64,000 nucleotides of DNA from Macrostomum lignano (lineage: Eukaryota). The DNA lies in assembly GCA_002269645.1 (NCBI GenBank), contig NIVC01001310.1, positions 62,001 to 126,000 on the forward strand, given 5' to 3'. The notes below the pieces were generated by a model. It did no database searches. It saw only the letters and a program-made list of their open reading frames with translations, and was not told the DNA's origin. Positions 61,001 through 64,000 of this stretch are shown here, piece by piece. How positions within the stretch are numbered: the first letter of the stretch is position 1; the number at the start of each line of letters is the position of its first letter. The position numbers and the translations under genes are program-made.

Positions 61001-64000
61001 AAACCACTTGCATCGAACACTGGTCCAGCTAACTTGCAAAATGCACGCAATCAACTTAAATTATGCCAGACAAAACTACTATGTCAACCCTACGATGACT
61101 TTTCGTAAAATCACCGGAATGACGAACGTTTTGGCAGTTCCAATATACGAGCATCTGTTGATATACAAGTGCACGCCGATACAGCACTTTAACATCTTGC
61201 CGTCAAACACGTCAACAACCTGCTACGATAAGCCAAGGATTGAAGCGTTCTACGAAGGAAAACGAATTCAGGGATTCTTGGACACGGTACACAACATCAT
61301 CGTTGGCACCGCAATACCGAGACCTTGCACCACGGCAGTAAACTACTATCAACTGGACAATGCACTACACGTCATCAAAACAACTGGAACGACAGCAAAC
61401 GTCACAGAACCGGAAGTAATCGTCGACGAAAACTACGACATGGAGGATTTGAAAATCCGATTCAACAGAACGAAGTATACGCCATTCGCCGATATCCAAC
61501 TTGACGAGATAACACCAGGATGGACGATCAACGACTTCTTGCAAGCGTTCATCACCCAACGCAAGATGATTCACCAGCTGTTCACAAGAAAGGACAAAGG
61601 AACCGGGACAGGAAGATTTCCCGTCCTTGTTTCAATGGACAGCGCCATCAAATCATTTTGGACAAATAGCTTCTGGGAGCTGCTCAATGGAAGAGGCAGT
61701 CTCTATCAAGGATTCATCTTCTACGGTGCTTGCATTGTGTGGATTGTCACGGCAATCTTCATCATTTCATCGATCGTACGGTGCTTCAGTCAAACTTGTC
61801 CAAGAGCTAAGAAGACAGTGAATGCCATAATGCAAAGAACGACAACGGAAAGCGACAACAGTTTAGAACTAACAGAAACTGCACATTGTGAGGTTCAAGG
61901 GCAACCGACACTAGCAACGCGGCTATATCCATCGATTCCGACAACACCAACGGCACCAAGGATACAACCACCCAACTATCAAGCAGAACAGCACGAGCCA
62001 AAATGGCCGGAAAACTACGTCTGTACGCTACACGCCGAGATTGGCAAAGCAATGGCTCAGGTCATTGTCAACAACTTGCCATGTCGAGCACTACTGGATT
62101 CAGGCAGCTCGATCACAGTCATCTCGCAACAATTATGCAACAAGCTACGACTCGCGGTACGACCAGCAGCAATCGCAGTTGCAGGAGCAGGAGGACATTC
62201 ACTCAACATCCTAGGAAAAGCAGATATCGACTTGAAAATTGCTAATAAACAGCTGACGGTCCCGACGTACATCATCGACAGACTACCAAACCAAGACGTC
62301 ATCGTTGGAATCGACACGTTCAAGCAGCTTCAACTACCATTGACCTTCGACTTCAACAAGCAAACGTTTAGGATCGACACGGTGGAGCAACCGCTGATCA
62401 ACCAGATTCGAGTACTACCGAAAGTAACTCTGCAGCAAGATGTCATTATCCAGCCTGAAAGCGCATGCTGGGTCAGAGCGAAAACGACCAGCGCGGCAGA
62501 TGAAGCAATGATATTTGATCCACACAGGAGAGTCACGGCAAAACATCAAATCATGATGCCTACGGCACTAGTGCTGGTTGCAAAGGATAAGCAACTGCCA
62601 GTACAAATCTTCAACCCGAACACAGAAACGGTTCATCTACGACAAGGAATGTGCATCGGTCATCTCAACACCCAAGCATCGGTTATGCTGATTGAACAAG
62701 CGACTCCACGACTAACAGAGGAAGAATTTCAAAAGAAGATCAATTTGGATGACAGCCCGATTACGGAACAGCAAAAGAGGAAAGTTCGACAGCTGTTGTG
62801 GAAGTACAACGAAGCCTTCTGCCATCATGATTACGACATCGGACGAGCCAAGGACATCAAACAGGAAATCAAACTTCTGCCGCACACGGAACCAATTCAG
62901 TGCAAGCCGTACCCGATCGCCAAGCATCTGCAACAACACTTTGACGAAATCATCGATAAAATGCTAAAGCACGGCATCATCAGCAAAGCTATTTCGGCTT
63001 ACTCCTCACCGTGCCTACTGGTACAGAAGAAGGAGACAAACGAAAGACGACTCGTATGCGACTTCAGACTGTTGAACAAGTACATACCGACGGATCAGCA
63101 AAGCCTACCGAAGATCTCCGAACTACTAGCAAAGCTCAACACGGCAAAATTGTTCACGGTGTTCGACCTACGTCATGGATTTTGGCAAATTGAAATCGAG
63201 AAAGAGTCACGACAGTACACGGCTTTCAAAACCTACAATGGACAAGTATACGAGTACAATCGATCGCCGATGGGACTTAGCAACAGCCCAGCAACGATGA
63301 GTCGACTAACAGCATACATGCTAGCAGGATGCACGAACCTGCTGCACTATGTCGACGACATTTTAGCCTACGGAGAGGATTTCGAGCGACTCTACGAAGC
63401 TACGGAGAAGGCCCTAGCGCTCATTCAACGCCAAGGTCTGAAGCTACAACCAACTAAATGCAAATTCTTCCGAGACAACGTGCGTTACCTGGGACATCAG
63501 GTGACAGCCAAAGGAATCTCACCGGACCCAGACAACGTGGAAAAGGTGAAGAAGTTTCCTACGCCAACCAGTATAACGAAGGTCCAATCATTCCTTGGAC
63601 TTGCGCAATACTTCAGGAAGTTCTTACCTAACTTCGCAAAGACAGCAAAGCCACTGTACGACCTGCTCAAGTTCGACAAATGGAAGCAAGACAACTGGAC
63701 ACAGAGACAACAGGAAAGTTTCGACGAAATCAAACGACAGCTGACATCAGACGCACTGCTACAGCATCCGGACTTCGACAAGCCCTTCATCATCGAGACA
63801 GACGCCTCAGGAACGGGACTCGGAGCAGTCCTACTACAGGAAACCGAGGACAAGAAGGAACGACCTATTGCTACGTCAGTCGAGCACTCAAACCAAATGA
63901 AACAAAGTGGTCAGCTACGGAACGAGAGCTACTAGGAGTCTTGTTCGCCCTGCGACAGTTTCATTACTACATCTATGGTTCTCCAATACAGACGATAGTA
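58065..64000 (+). CDS. Gag-Env-PR-RT-RNase H polyprotein (single frame to ~63869, then a 1-nt shift continuing YVSRAL...ERELLGVLFAL)
   Basis: CYYCGQEGHYQINC (58770); signal/TM WLFWIIVILLIAVVAKATA (59919); furin-like RRRR (60906); TM GFIFYGACIVWIVTAIFIISSIV (61710); ALLDSGSS (62097); RRLVCDFRLLN, DLRHGFWQI, PMGLSNSPA, YVDD (63348); ETDASGTGLGAVL (63801). Confidence 0.95.

Larger units (their letters stand above)
56664..64000 (+). mobile_element. Ty3/Gypsy (Metaviridae-like) LTR retrotransposon carrying an internal envelope gene; 3'-truncated by the window
   Basis: Gag capsid-like region, CCHC knuckle, Env, LDSG protease, RT with YVDD and RNase H in Gypsy order (PR-RT-RH). Confidence 0.95.

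Overview
Eukaryotic (animal) genomic DNA, with GC-rich exons separated by introns filled with minisatellites. The style resembles a free-living flatworm such as Macrostomum, but that is an impression, not a determination. Host genes that can be fully spliced in frame: a divergent TRP-type channel (-), GCLC (+), PRPF31 (+), an ankyrin-repeat protein (-) and RCBTB1/2 (-). Also present are the 3' part of a matrin/U1-type zinc-finger gene (-) and a small His/Gly-rich single-pass membrane protein (+). Mobile DNA: the 3' end of an RNase H-bearing LINE, two tail-to-tail tRNA-derived SINEs, small MITEs, a P-superfamily THAP element (155-bp TIRs, 8-bp TSD, truncated transposase) and a Ty3/Gypsy LTR retrotransposon running off the right edge. 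The most striking observation is that the Gypsy element encodes Gag, a class III (herpes gB/chuvirus-like) envelope glycoprotein, protease, RT and RNase H in ONE reading frame. Env sits BETWEEN Gag and protease, and a cluster of late-domain-like motifs (LYPxI, PTAP, PPxY) lies in the Env tail. Second, six diverged copies of an intronic box H/ACA snoRNA, with a readable 28S rRNA guide, are arrayed in the last intron of the zinc-finger gene. All assignments come from motif reading by eye; no searches were run.
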